Below the pieces are notes generated by a model. The model did no database searches. It saw only the letters and a list, made by a program, of their open reading frames with translations, and was not told the DNA's origin. Below, piece by piece: positions 8,998 to 18,272 of a stretch of DNA of 64,000 bases. Both the position numbers and the translations under genes were made by a program. The first letter of the stretch is position 1, and every line of letters begins with the position of its first letter. This stretch comes from Ilumatobacteraceae bacterium (GTDB lineage: Bacteria; Actinomycetota; Acidimicrobiia; Acidimicrobiales; Ilumatobacteraceae), in NCBI GenBank assembly GCA_044354565.1, contig JBIKZT010000001.1, forward strand, positions 724 through 64,723, given 5' to 3'.

Positions 8998-9366
8998 TCA
9001 TGGCGGCATCGTGGTAGTCGCGCCTATCGCTACAAAACCGTTACTGGGTGGGAGTAACAGAACCGTGCCAGCAGACACACGATCTGGGTTTTTGATTTTG
9101 TTGAGTTCAACAAGCGCTGGAGCACTGAGATTGAAGCGCTGTGCAATCGAAAACAAAGACTCACCAGATTGAACGGTGTACGACTTTGGAACATACGTAG
9201 TAGTTGGGCCACCAAAAGTTGTAGTGGTCATTGCAACTGTTGTATCCGATGATGCTGATGAGCCGCCGCTAGTTAACAGACTGCTGAAAATTGCAAGAGC
9301 GGCAAACGCACATGTGCTCCACAACAGGTACATGTGGAGGCGGGTGCGTAAGAACATTCCTGCCAT
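8998..9366 (-). CDS. small membrane-anchored LysM domain protein
   Basis: The C-terminal YTVQSGESLFSIAQRFNLSAPALVELNKIKNPDRVSAGTVLLLP is a LysM motif, preceded by a TM segment and a Ser/Thr linker. The upstream part of the 263-aa track ORF overlaps the opposite-strand hydrolase gene, so it was trimmed to the ATG at 9366. Alternative starts lie at 9411 and 9417. Confidence 0.7.
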   Translation of the reverse strand: MAGMFLRTRLHMYLLWSTCAFAALAIFSSLLTSGGSSASSDTTVAMTTTTFGGPTTTYVPKSYTVQSGESLFSIAQRFNLSAPALVELNKIKNPDRVSAGTVLLLPPSNGFVAIGATTTMPP

Positions 9367-9443
9367 GTTATGACTCAATACACACCTGCGTGTGTCGTTC
9401 CGTCTGTTCATCGTCATCGTCACTGTCGTAACCTGTACACCCG

Positions 9444-10352
9444 ATGACTCCCGAGACACGCACATTCCCTGGCGCTCGCCGACCAGACCGCAAGTATCGC
9501 CATCTCGCTGATGGCGTGGATATCGCTGTCTACGAATGGGGTGCAGAGTCCGACCCCGTGCTCTTCTTGGTCCATGGTGGGTCTGACTTCGCTGGAACAT
9601 TCGATGTTTTTGCTCCCCTCCTTGCAGCCGGAGGCTGGCGCGTGGTGGCATGGGACCATCGAGGCCACGGCGACAGTGCTCACACAGCTCTCTACGGCTG
9701 GGATGCAGATATTCGCGATGCTCTCTCGGTGATGAGTTCAGTAACTCGAGTTGCTGCACCTGTTGTGGCCCACTCCAAGGGTGGCGCACTCATGATGCAA
9801 TTGGCCGATGCATGTCCGTATCGCATTTCAGCGATGGTCAACATCGACGGCATGCCAAGCAAGCGTCGCATGCCAGACGTACCTGATCATGATCAATCGC
9901 GTCTGCTCGCAGACTCCATCGGTTCATGGTTGGATTTTCGTCATGTTGCTCATGACTCGTTTCGCAAGCCTGGAACATTAGAAGACCTTGCACAACGACG
10001 CGGCAAAATGAACCCACGACTCTCCATTGAGTGGCTTGAATATTTGGTCACTGTTGGTGCACGCCAAGATGAAGACGGTTGGAGATGGAAACTTGATCCA
10101 ACTATGCGATTCGGTGGCTTTGGTCCATGGCGACCCGAATGGGCATCGTTACGGATGGCTGCACTCACCATTCCGTTTTTAGGTTTGTTAGGAACTATCG
10201 ATGAACCAATGGGTTGGGGTGCTCGTGCACGCGATGTATTGCCGTGGATTCCATCAAGCGGGCGCCTTGAAGTATTGGAAGACATCGGCCACTTCATTCA
10301 TATTGAAGACCCAGCACGCGTCAGCACAATGATTTTGGAGTTCTTGTCATGA
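9444..10352 (+). CDS. alpha/beta hydrolase
   Basis: Motifs LFLVHGGSDFAGTF and WDHRGHGDS are present, with the nucleophile elbow AHSKGG and a C-terminal GHFIHIEDP His. Confidence 0.8.
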   Translation: MTPETRTFPGARRPDRKYRHLADGVDIAVYEWGAESDPVLFLVHGGSDFAGTFDVFAPLLAAGGWRVVAWDHRGHGDSAHTALYGWDADIRDALSVMSSVTRVAAPVVAHSKGGALMMQLADACPYRISAMVNIDGMPSKRRMPDVPDHDQSRLLADSIGSWLDFRHVAHDSFRKPGTLEDLAQRRGKMNPRLSIEWLEYLVTVGARQDEDGWRWKLDPTMRFGGFGPWRPEWASLRMAALTIPFLGLLGTIDEPMGWGARARDVLPWIPSSGRLEVLEDIGHFIHIEDPARVSTMILEFLS

Positions 10353-11002
10353 GCCCCGTGATGCTTCAACACAATCAGATTTCTCTCGCACTACATAAGG
10401 TGCGCGAGGGCACGGGACGCGCACTTCTCATGTTGCACGGATTAGGCGACAGTGCTGAACAAATGTCGAAATTGCAGGTGAAATGGAACGGTCCAGTGTG
10501 GGCACTCGATTTCACCGGCCACGGACAATCAACTGTTCCTCGTGGCGGCGGGTACTCAAGCGAGATCCTGATGGCAGATGCAGACGTTGCGCTTCGTCAT
10601 CTTGGTGAAGCAACTGTGTTGGGGCGTGGACTAGGTGCATACATCGCCTTTTTGTTGTCTGGAGCTCGACCAACACTGGTGCGTGGCGCAATTCTTCTTG
10701 ATGGTCCCGGCCTTGCCGGCGGTTCCATTCATGCCACTTCAAATACCGAGATCAATGAAATTGGTGAACGAGCAGGTAGTACGCCAGATCCGTGGGCACT
10801 CATTGAACTATCTCGTGATGCTCGGCCTCCTACGTACACAACAACTTTTGCCCGCTTGGCGGCCAATGGTTCCGGTATCGATGAGCCAATTGCAGTTGCA
10901 TGCAAAGTGACACCGCCTTGGGTAGAAGCTATTGCTGCTGAACCTGGTGTGATCACCGACATCAGCATGCAAGATGCACTTGATGTGTACGCAGCGCTCT
11001 AA
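10349..11002 (+). CDS. alpha/beta hydrolase-fold protein lacking the canonical nucleophile
   Basis: LMLHGLGDS and LDFTGHGQS are present, but the elbow reads GRGLG, with Gly where Ser is expected. ATGA overlap with the upstream hydrolase. Confidence 0.6.
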   Translation: MSPVMLQHNQISLALHKVREGTGRALLMLHGLGDSAEQMSKLQVKWNGPVWALDFTGHGQSTVPRGGGYSSEILMADADVALRHLGEATVLGRGLGAYIAFLLSGARPTLVRGAILLDGPGLAGGSIHATSNTEINEIGERAGSTPDPWALIELSRDARPPTYTTTFARLAANGSGIDEPIAVACKVTPPWVEAIAAEPGVITDISMQDALDVYAAL

Positions 11003-12045
11003 AGATTTCGCTGAGTAACCACATCTGCAAGGTGTACGAGTGCGTCGTATGATTCGCCTTGCATTTGCGATCTGTTAAGTGCACGCACAGCCTCATCGTG
11101 GAGCGACGTAATGCGTTGTTCAATCGCTGCTAAGGCTCCGGTGTTTCTAACTGCTTGTTGAATTTGAGCGACGTCTGCATCAGTGAGATCTGGTCGACCC
11201 ACTTTTTCTAATACAACAAGGTCTTCGCTATTCCCCATTGCGCAAGCACGTGCGAGCAGTGGAGTTGGTTTTCCTTCACGGAAATCTCCACCTACAGGTT
11301 TTCCAGTGACCTCAGAATCACCAAAGGCGCCGAGAATGTCATCGCGCATTTGAAATGCATCACCCACAGCCAGTCCGTACGTAGAAAACATTGGCATCAG
11401 GGCCTCACCACGTTGTGCATCAGCTGCTACAGCACCCAAATGTAACGGGCGTTCAATGGTGTACTTTGCACTCTTCATTCGGCAAATAAGTTCAGCTTCA
11501 TGCAAGTCTCTGGTGCGACGAGCTGACCCGAGAACGTCGAGATACTGACCAATATTCATTTCCATTCGAAGGTCATGCCAGATAATTCGCGCTGCGGGAG
11601 ACAGTTCGTCCATCAGCGAGTCGGACAACACATACGTGAAATCACCAATAAGAACGGCCGACCCTTCGCCATGGCGTCGAGATTCGCCTGACCAATGTTG
11701 GGCGTGATGAAGATCAGCAAGAGCGCGATGCGTTGCAGTTGCTCCGCGTCGGGTTGCGGCATCGTCAATCACATCATCATGAAATAGCGCAGCAGCATGA
11801 AGCAGTTCAATGCCGGCCCCAATACGCGGTGACTGCTGAGACATAGGGTCGCCACCTGCAGCAACCCAACCCCAATGGGCAAATTGAGGGCGCAGGCGTT
11901 TCCCGCCACCCAATACCAGCGATTCAACGTGTTGGAAGATGACTTCTAAGTCGGACTGCAATGCACCCCATCGTTTGGCGTTCGCTTCAATGGCGTCTGC
12001 CAACTCCGCGTTTACTCGCGAGAGAAGCACGGCGGTATCACTCAT
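10999..12045 (-). CDS. polyprenyl diphosphate synthase (IspA/GGPPS-type trans-prenyltransferase)
   Basis: Two Asp-rich motifs are present: LFHDDVIDD and FQMRDDILG. ATGA overlap with xseB, as in the xseB-ispA arrangement known from E. coli. Confidence 0.85.
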   Translation of the reverse strand: MSDTAVLLSRVNAELADAIEANAKRWGALQSDLEVIFQHVESLVLGGGKRLRPQFAHWGWVAAGGDPMSQQSPRIGAGIELLHAAALFHDDVIDDAATRRGATATHRALADLHHAQHWSGESRRHGEGSAVLIGDFTYVLSDSLMDELSPAARIIWHDLRMEMNIGQYLDVLGSARRTRDLHEAELICRMKSAKYTIERPLHLGAVAADAQRGEALMPMFSTYGLAVGDAFQMRDDILGAFGDSEVTGKPVGGDFREGKPTPLLARACAMGNSEDLVVLEKVGRPDLTDADVAQIQQAVRNTGALAAIEQRITSLHDEAVRALNRSQMQGESYDALVHLADVVTQRNL

Positions 12046-12332
12046 TCGTCGTCTTCGTCATCTTCATAATCGTCGTCTTCTTCTTCTTCTTCATCTTCGT
12101 CGCCATACTCTTCGTCGACACCAAGGTCAGCCACCAGTGTGTCTACCGTGAGCTGTGCTGCTGCAATACGGTCTTTGCACCACGAGATGAGATACGAAGC
12201 ACGTTGTACTTTTGTAGCTAACACATCGACATCAACATTGTTGGAGTCGAGTTCACCAAGAATCGTCTCTACCTCGCGCATTGCTTCGGCATAGCCAGAT
12301 GGTTCTTCGGTCATGATTTTCTTGGTGGCCAT
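12042..12332 (-). CDS. xseB: exodeoxyribonuclease VII small subunit with a poly-acidic C-terminal tail
   Basis: YAEAMREVETILGELDS..VDVD.L matches the XseB core. The last ~30 aa are almost entirely D/E. It directly follows xseA (TAATG overlap). Confidence 0.8.
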   Translation of the reverse strand: MATKKIMTEEPSGYAEAMREVETILGELDSNNVDVDVLATKVQRASYLISWCKDRIAAAQLTVDTLVADLGVDEEYGDEDEEEEEDDDYEDDEDDE

Positions 12333-13528
12333 TAGGCAACTCCTTCTACTGTGCTGGTCACGCTGCCGTCGGCAAGCGTGGTGACGACTTTTTCGCCTGG
12401 GGATACTTCGGAAATGGAACGAACGACTTCACCTTTTACATTGCGTGTGATGCTCCACCCACGAGCCATGGTGATGGCGGGGTCAAGCAATCTCACGGCT
12501 GCAGCATGCATTTCAAGTTTTTGAACTTGGCGATCAAATGCTGTTCGCGGACGAGTACGCAGTCGTTCAACAGCGATAGAAATACGTGCACGAGACCGAG
12601 TAAGTGCATATTCGGTGAGTTGGCGAAGCGAATGCGCAGCCTCTGACAGCTCACCGTAGAACTCTTCTACATATGCAATTACAGTCTGCGCGCATGCTGT
12701 TGGTGTTTTGCTAGCTGTATGTGCCACAAGATCAGCGATGCTGGTATCGATCTCGTGGCCAATGCCAGTGAACACCGGATGCGTGCAACGTGAAATTGCT
12801 AACGCCATTGTTTCATCGTCGAATGCGGCGAGGTCTCCCTTTGAACCTCCACCGCGCATAATCATCACGATGTCAATATCTGGGCGTCGAGAAAAAGTCT
12901 GGATAGCGGCAACTACTTGGGATGCAGCAGCTTCGCCTTGCACGTTCACATCACACAACGTGATCTGAAAGCCAATACCCGATTCTTCTAGTTGCTTGAG
13001 AGCGTCGATGTACCCGGCTGCTTGACTACTTGAGATAATGCCGAGACGTAGAGGAACGAGAGGTACTTCAACACGTTTGTTGATTTTGTCGACACCCTTT
13101 TCTATTAACTTACGAATGAGTTCTTCACGTTTCGCAGCAATGTCACCAACAGTAAATTGCGTATCGACATCTTTAATGATGAGTGACAATTCGCCACGCA
13201 CAACGTAAAAATCGATATCGCAATAGAAGCGCACGCGCATTCCGTTTTGAAGAGCTAAACCATGCGTGGCCAATTTGGCTGTCACTCGTTTGAGATCACC
13301 GCTGTTGGCAAACAATTTGACATCGAGTTTTGCTTTGTCTTTTCCTTCACCATCGATGAGAGAGAAATAGTGACCAGTGGCGTGGGGCTGAGACTTCATT
13401 CCCTCGATCTCGCCTTCTAACCAAACACCGCCAGCAAACATTTGCTTGAGGGCACCTTTGAGAGTGACCGCAAATTGGGTAACGGTAAAGGCAGGAACGC
13501 CATTGAGAAGTTCAGGTTCCTTTGCCAT
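12332..13528 (-). CDS. xseA: exodeoxyribonuclease VII large subunit
   Basis: 398 aa. The N-terminal OB-fold region FTVTQF...LK..F..VWLEGEI and the central MIMRGGGS..DL..F motif are present. Confidence 0.9.
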   Translation of the reverse strand: MAKEPELLNGVPAFTVTQFAVTLKGALKQMFAGGVWLEGEIEGMKSQPHATGHYFSLIDGEGKDKAKLDVKLFANSGDLKRVTAKLATHGLALQNGMRVRFYCDIDFYVVRGELSLIIKDVDTQFTVGDIAAKREELIRKLIEKGVDKINKRVEVPLVPLRLGIISSSQAAGYIDALKQLEESGIGFQITLCDVNVQGEAAASQVVAAIQTFSRRPDIDIVMIMRGGGSKGDLAAFDDETMALAISRCTHPVFTGIGHEIDTSIADLVAHTASKTPTACAQTVIAYVEEFYGELSEAAHSLRQLTEYALTRSRARISIAVERLRTRPRTAFDRQVQKLEMHAAAVRLLDPAITMARGWSITRNVKGEVVRSISEVSPGEKVVTTLADGSVTSTVEGVA

Positions 13529-13539
13529 AAGTAACCAGT

Positions 13540-15405
13540 CTAGATTTTGGCTGCGTCAAGCCCGAATGAACCACCAGCACGAACTTGCGAGGCATACATT
13601 CCATCGAGGGCCATCAAATCGTCGTGCGTGCCTTGTTCCATGATGCGACCGTCATCAAGAACCACAATTAGATCAGCATCGCGAATAGTGGAAAGGCGAT
13701 GAGCAATCACCAATGCGGTGCGTCCATGCAAGGCCGACTCCAGAGCCTCTTGCACCAGAGACTCATTTTCATTATCGAGGTGGCTAGTGGCTTCGTCCAG
13801 AATCATGATGGCTGGGTTCTTCAACAACATGCGCGCAATAGCCAGCCGCTGTTTTTCGCCACCTGACAATCGGTACCCGCGCTCACCAACCAATGTGGCT
13901 AACCCATCGGGCAACGCATCAATAGTTTCTTGAATGCGAGCAGCCTTACATGCGGCAACTATTTCTTCGGTTGTGGCGTCGGGTTTTGCGTAGCGAAGAT
14001 TGGATTCGATTGATTCGTGGAATAAATGCGGATCTTGTGACACCACTCCGATTGCATCATGTAACGAGTCGCCGGTGAGGTGGCGTACATCGTGACCATC
14101 AACTAACACTGCACCGTTTGTTGCGTCATACAAACGTGGAACCAATGTAACCATGGTGCTCTTGCCTGAGCCACTGGCGCCCACGATGGCAACTGTGGAC
14201 CCAGCTGCAATCCTTAACGAGACGCCTTTCAATACGTCAACATCGGCATCGCCTAATGGCGCACCCGGTAACTCAAGAGTGGCAACTGAAACTGCCGATG
14301 CCGGCGGATAACGAAATACCACATTACGGAATTCAACTTCACCACGTGGGTCTACCAAGTCGTAAGCGCCAGGGCGATCAAAGATGTTGACAGGCGCATC
14401 GAGCACTTCAAATACTCGATCGAAAGATACAAACGCAGTCATGAGGTCTACGCGCGCGTTAGTGAGACCAGTGAGTGGCTGATAAATACGTTGTACAAAC
14501 GCAGCCATTGCAACAAGCGTGCCAGCAGAGATGCCTCCAGATACAACAAGATGCGCACCAACGCCGTAAATAGCAGCGGCTCCCATAGCGCCAACCAAAC
14601 CCAGTGCAACGAAAAATACACGGCCATATAAAGCCGCTTTTATTCCCGTGTCACGCACACCTGCTGCGCGTTTGGAAAACACAGATACTTCGCGATCGCG
14701 ACGACCAAATAGTTTCACCACAATTGCACCAGACACATTAAAGCGTTCGTTCATCTGTGTATTCATTTGTGCATTCAGATCCATCTGTTCACGTGCAATG
14801 AGCCCAAGTCGAAGTCCAACACGTTTTGCAGGCGCCACAAAAACTGGCAATACAACTAGAGACAACAGAGTGAGTTTCCACTCGAGCGCAATCATGGCCA
14901 CAAGTGTTGTGACGAGTACAACAACATTTGACACAACGCTGCCAAGGGTTGATGTCACCGCGTTCTGCGCACCAACAACATCATTGTTGAGGCGGCTCGT
15001 GAGTGCACCGGTTTGTGTGCGTGTAAAGAATGCAACAGGCATCTGTTGCACTTTGTCGAATAATGCGACACGCAAGTCATAAATGAGGCCTTCGCCAATA
15101 CGTGAACTCAGCCAACGTTGCACAATTGCTAAACCGGCATCCCCAATTGCTGCAAAAACGACCACTACCGCCAATGTTGTAATGAGGCTGCGATCTTCGT
15201 TTGGAATTGCTGTGTCCAAGATGGCACGGAACAACAATGGAGGGGCCAAGGCGAGCAACGCTGAAACACAGATTGCTAAAAGGAACCAGATGATTTCCCA
15301 CTTGTATGGGGCAGCAAAAACCTTGACACGACGCAAGGATTCTCGCTTCAGTCGCGCCCCTTTGACCGCCTCTCCGTCGCTTGGCAGAAACATATGAGGA
15401 CCCAT
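13540..15405 (-). CDS. ABC transporter, fused permease/ATP-binding exporter (MsbA/MdlB type)
   Basis: Six-TM N-domain with Walker A GASGSGKST, signature LSGGEKQR and Walker B ILDEATS. The ATG at 15405 was chosen because the longer track ORF overlaps the divergent lipoprotein gene. Confidence 0.85.
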   Translation of the reverse strand: MGPHMFLPSDGEAVKGARLKRESLRRVKVFAAPYKWEIIWFLLAICVSALLALAPPLLFRAILDTAIPNEDRSLITTLAVVVVFAAIGDAGLAIVQRWLSSRIGEGLIYDLRVALFDKVQQMPVAFFTRTQTGALTSRLNNDVVGAQNAVTSTLGSVVSNVVVLVTTLVAMIALEWKLTLLSLVVLPVFVAPAKRVGLRLGLIAREQMDLNAQMNTQMNERFNVSGAIVVKLFGRRDREVSVFSKRAAGVRDTGIKAALYGRVFFVALGLVGAMGAAAIYGVGAHLVVSGGISAGTLVAMAAFVQRIYQPLTGLTNARVDLMTAFVSFDRVFEVLDAPVNIFDRPGAYDLVDPRGEVEFRNVVFRYPPASAVSVATLELPGAPLGDADVDVLKGVSLRIAAGSTVAIVGASGSGKSTMVTLVPRLYDATNGAVLVDGHDVRHLTGDSLHDAIGVVSQDPHLFHESIESNLRYAKPDATTEEIVAACKAARIQETIDALPDGLATLVGERGYRLSGGEKQRLAIARMLLKNPAIMILDEATSHLDNENESLVQEALESALHGRTALVIAHRLSTIRDADLIVVLDDGRIMEQGTHDDLMALDGMYASQVRAGGSFGLDAAKI

Positions 15406-15454
15406 TCGCACACCGTTGAGGCTACGGCCGAACCTGCGCCTAGTCTCTGTAATT

Positions 15455-16945
15455 GTGTTCCGTCGTCTTGCCCTCTGTAGCGCACTCGTTGTTTTTTTGA
15501 CCGCCTGCGCCGGTACCGGTTCCGGTACATCTGATTCCACAAGCCCAGTCGGCACCATGGTCCAGCCCGCCGTTGGAGGCACAATCAAGTGGGCTGATTG
15601 CCCAATAAAAGACGGTGATGGCTTGAAATGCTCACGGTTAAAGGTTCCATATGACTATTCCGAGCCGTCGAAGGGTTCTTTCTCGCTCAAGTTGGTGAAG
15701 CGTCCCGCCACATTTCGCACGAAGCGCATCGGCAGTTTGCTCGTGAATCCCGGAGGTCCTGGGTTTGGTGGCACCACCATTGCCAAAAATGCAAGTGGCT
15801 ACCTCAGTTCAGATCTAACGGATGTGTTCGATGTAGTTGGCTGGGACCCTCGCGGTACCGGAGACTCCACTCCCGCTGTTGATTGTGTCGACAACTACGA
15901 CAAATACTTCGCCGTTGATCCCACTGCAGAATCTGATGCCCAACGCGAAGAACTCATCAGTAGCACGAGAGATTTCTCCGCCGCATGTGAGAAGAAGAGT
16001 GGCGAAATTCTTCCGTACATTTCCACGAACTCCACAGCGCGCGACATGGACACTATTCGAGCAGCTTTAGGTGAAGACAAGATCACGTACTTCGGTTTTT
16101 CATATGGAAGTGAACTCGGAGCGACGTGGGCAACAATGTTCCCCACCACAGTTCGCGCAGCGGTACTAGACGGAGCCTCAGACCCCACCGCTAGCTATAT
16201 AGAAGGTGGACTGCAACAGGCAAAAGGATTTGAAGACGAGCTCACGAAATACCTTGAGCAATGTTCTGCAGACAAGGAATGCGCATTTCACAACAACGGT
16301 AAAGCAGAGGAAGCTTTTGACGCATTAATGATTTCAATTGATAAAGAACCTTTGACTGTTTCTAATGGTCGAACTCCAGTCAATTTATCTGTCGCTTTAA
16401 CTGCCGTTTCACAAGCAATGTATTCGTCAAGTCTTTGGGAATCGTTGAGCACGGCACTCAATGACGCGCAACGGGGAGATGGCGCAGGGTTGTTGCAGAT
16501 GTACGACGATTACTTCCAACGAGACTTTGATGGTACGTGGGGAAATGAACTCGAAGCTTTCAATGCAATCCTTTGTTTAGATGATCCAGGTCCACAAACA
16601 ATTGAAGAAACCGATTCATGGGTGCCAAAGTTCAAGACTGTCGCTCCCCGATTGTGGACCAGTTTTGCAAGCGGATACGGATGCGTATTTTGGCCTGCTA
16701 AACCAGACCCGCGTATTCGCATTAGCGGTATTGGTGCAGGCCCGATTGTTGTAGTGGGCACAACTGGTGATGCCGCTACGCCATTAGCAAGTTCGCGAAA
16801 AATGGCAACAGAGTTAGAGGACGGACGATTAATCATTGTTGAAGCAAACCGTCACACGGGTTATGGCGAAAACAATTGTGTTGTCTCAGCAGTCGACAAC
16901 TACCTCATCACAACCGAAGTTGATTTTGCCGAAAAAGCTTGCTAA
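15455..16945 (+). CDS. secreted lipoprotein, tripeptidyl aminopeptidase (TAP)-type alpha/beta hydrolase
   Basis: Lipobox LTAC after a hydrophobic leader, GFSYGS nucleophile elbow and a C-terminal TAP-like region. The start is GTG 15455 or TTG 15416. Confidence 0.75.
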   Translation: MFRRLALCSALVVFLTACAGTGSGTSDSTSPVGTMVQPAVGGTIKWADCPIKDGDGLKCSRLKVPYDYSEPSKGSFSLKLVKRPATFRTKRIGSLLVNPGGPGFGGTTIAKNASGYLSSDLTDVFDVVGWDPRGTGDSTPAVDCVDNYDKYFAVDPTAESDAQREELISSTRDFSAACEKKSGEILPYISTNSTARDMDTIRAALGEDKITYFGFSYGSELGATWATMFPTTVRAAVLDGASDPTASYIEGGLQQAKGFEDELTKYLEQCSADKECAFHNNGKAEEAFDALMISIDKEPLTVSNGRTPVNLSVALTAVSQAMYSSSLWESLSTALNDAQRGDGAGLLQMYDDYFQRDFDGTWGNELEAFNAILCLDDPGPQTIEETDSWVPKFKTVAPRLWTSFASGYGCVFWPAKPDPRIRISGIGAGPIVVVGTTGDAATPLASSRKMATELEDGRLIIVEANRHTGYGENNCVVSAVDNYLITTEVDFAEKAC

Positions 16946-17629
16946 CTAGCGACCACCGTGGCTGTGTGCTGCGGGTGCAAACTGACGGAACCATGTTGGG
17001 TTCCGAGTTTGTGCGTACACACGACCAGGCCCAGAGATTTCAAACACAAAACCCTCTCCAGACTTGATGGTATTCATCCATCCTGAAGCAACTTTCTTTA
17101 GTTGCAGATTCACACTTGAACTCATCGCGACTAAGTGTCCAGAATCAAGTACCAATGTCTCACCCGCAGCAAGATCGTAGATATCAAGTGCTCCATAACA
17201 GTTCAACAAAATTTCGCCGTCACCTTGGGCGTACACCAAGAAACCGCCTTCGCCTCCGAACAGGTTCTTGAAGCCACCCCACTTTGCATCGAGCGTGACG
17301 CCCACTGTGGTTGCCAACCATGAACTACGCGTGAGCATCCATGGCTCTGCAGATGTTGACGGCAATGTGATGATGTCACCTGGCAATCCGGGCGCAAGAT
17401 CTACCCATCCACCATTTGGGCCTGCGCTGATAGTTGATATGAAAAAAGAATCACCACCCAACACACTGCGTGACAATGACTTAAGAAACCCACCTTCCAT
17501 TTTTGAAGTGAGTACCACTCCCGAAGACATAGCGACCATCGCGCCAGCCTCAAGTTGAAGTGCTTCATTGGGTTCTAGTTGCACGCGGGCAACTGAGTAT
17601 GCCGGCTGATGACGAAGAGTGATTTGCAT
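16946..17629 (-). CDS. TIGR00266/AIM24 (DUF124) family protein
   Basis: The MQITL...EAGAMVAMS...GGFLKS...GGEGGF...SGPGRV pattern fits the family. The track ORF extension to 17764 runs through a tRNA gene and was trimmed. Confidence 0.75.
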   Translation of the reverse strand: MQITLRHQPAYSVARVQLEPNEALQLEAGAMVAMSSGVVLTSKMEGGFLKSLSRSVLGGDSFFISTISAGPNGGWVDLAPGLPGDIITLPSTSAEPWMLTRSSWLATTVGVTLDAKWGGFKNLFGGEGGFLVYAQGDGEILLNCYGALDIYDLAAGETLVLDSGHLVAMSSSVNLQLKKVASGWMNTIKSGEGFVFEISGPGRVYAQTRNPTWFRQFAPAAHSHGGR

Positions 17630-17663
17630 GTACTCAGTCTTGCGCATACAACGTGCGCAGAGA

Positions 17664-17694
17664 TACAAAAACGACCCAGCCGAAGCTGGGTCGT
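17664..17694 (-). terminator. intrinsic terminator downstream of tRNA-Ser(CGA)
   Basis: On the minus strand: ACGACCCAGC-TTCG-GCTGGGTCGT, a perfect 10-bp stem with a tetraloop, followed by TTTTGTAT. Confidence 0.8.
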
Positions 17695-17696
17695 AC

Positions 17697-17786
17697 TGGA
17701 GGAAGGAGAGGGATTTGAACCCTCGGTGGCTTTGACACCACAACTGTTTTCGAGACAGTCCCATTCGGCCGCTCTGGCACCCTTCC
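17697..17786 (-). tRNA. tRNA-Ser (anticodon CGA)
   Basis: Hand-folded: acceptor GGAAGGG/TCCTTCC, anticodon stem ACTGT/ACAGT with loop CTCGAAA, a long variable arm, and T-arm GAGGG-TTCAAAT-CCCTC. CCA is encoded. The ends are good to within a few nt. Confidence 0.85.
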
Positions 17787-17807
17787 GTATGAAAAAGGTT
17801 ATCGGCG

Positions 17808-18272
17808 CTACAAACGCTTAGAGGCGAAGAATTCTTTCAGCAAGGCTGCTGATTCTTCCGCAAGAACACCATGCTCCACGGGCGGGTTATGGCCCAGACG
17901 TGGGTCGCTCATCACGTTGTACAAGCTGGCCGTTGCACCGGCTTCAAAGTTTGCAGCACCATAGACAAGTCGGCCAATACGCGATGACTGTGTTGCGCCT
18001 GCACACATCACACATGGTTCAAGCGTGACTACCAACGTGCACTCATCGAGGCGCCAACTATTCAGCACTTGGCTCGCATCGCGTAACGCCAATACTTCGG
18101 CATGCGCTGTTGGGTCATTGCTTGCTTCACGTTCGTTGTGACGCTGAGCAATAATTTTTCCGTCGTGGACTACTACGGCACCCACGGGAACGTCGCCTGC
18201 GGCAGAGGCAAGACGTGCTTCGTCCAAAGCAACCCGCATGGCATCTATAAAAGCTGACGTTTGAACTGTCAT
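17808..18272 (-). CDS. tadA: tRNA adenosine(34) deaminase
   Basis: Zinc motifs HAEVLALR and LEPCVMCAG are present. AFIDAMRVAL aligns with the conserved N-terminal helix. The track ORF extension runs into a tRNA gene, so it was trimmed to the ATG at 18272. Confidence 0.85.
   Translation of the reverse strand: MTVQTSAFIDAMRVALDEARLASAAGDVPVGAVVVHDGKIIAQRHNEREASNDPTAHAEVLALRDASQVLNSWRLDECTLVVTLEPCVMCAGATQSSRIGRLVYGAANFEAGATASLYNVMSDPRLGHNPPVEHGVLAEESAALLKEFFASKRL

Noticed and set aside
9367-9789. Upstream part of the 263-aa minus-strand ORF ending in the LysM domain
   Set aside because: It is Arg/His/Gln-rich and overlaps the well-supported alpha/beta hydrolase gene on the plus strand. The LysM protein makes sense from its TM segment onward.
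17630-17764. N-terminal extension of the DUF124/AIM24 ORF
   Set aside because: It runs through the tRNA-Ser(CGA) gene and its terminator. The family normally starts at MQITL-type sequence.
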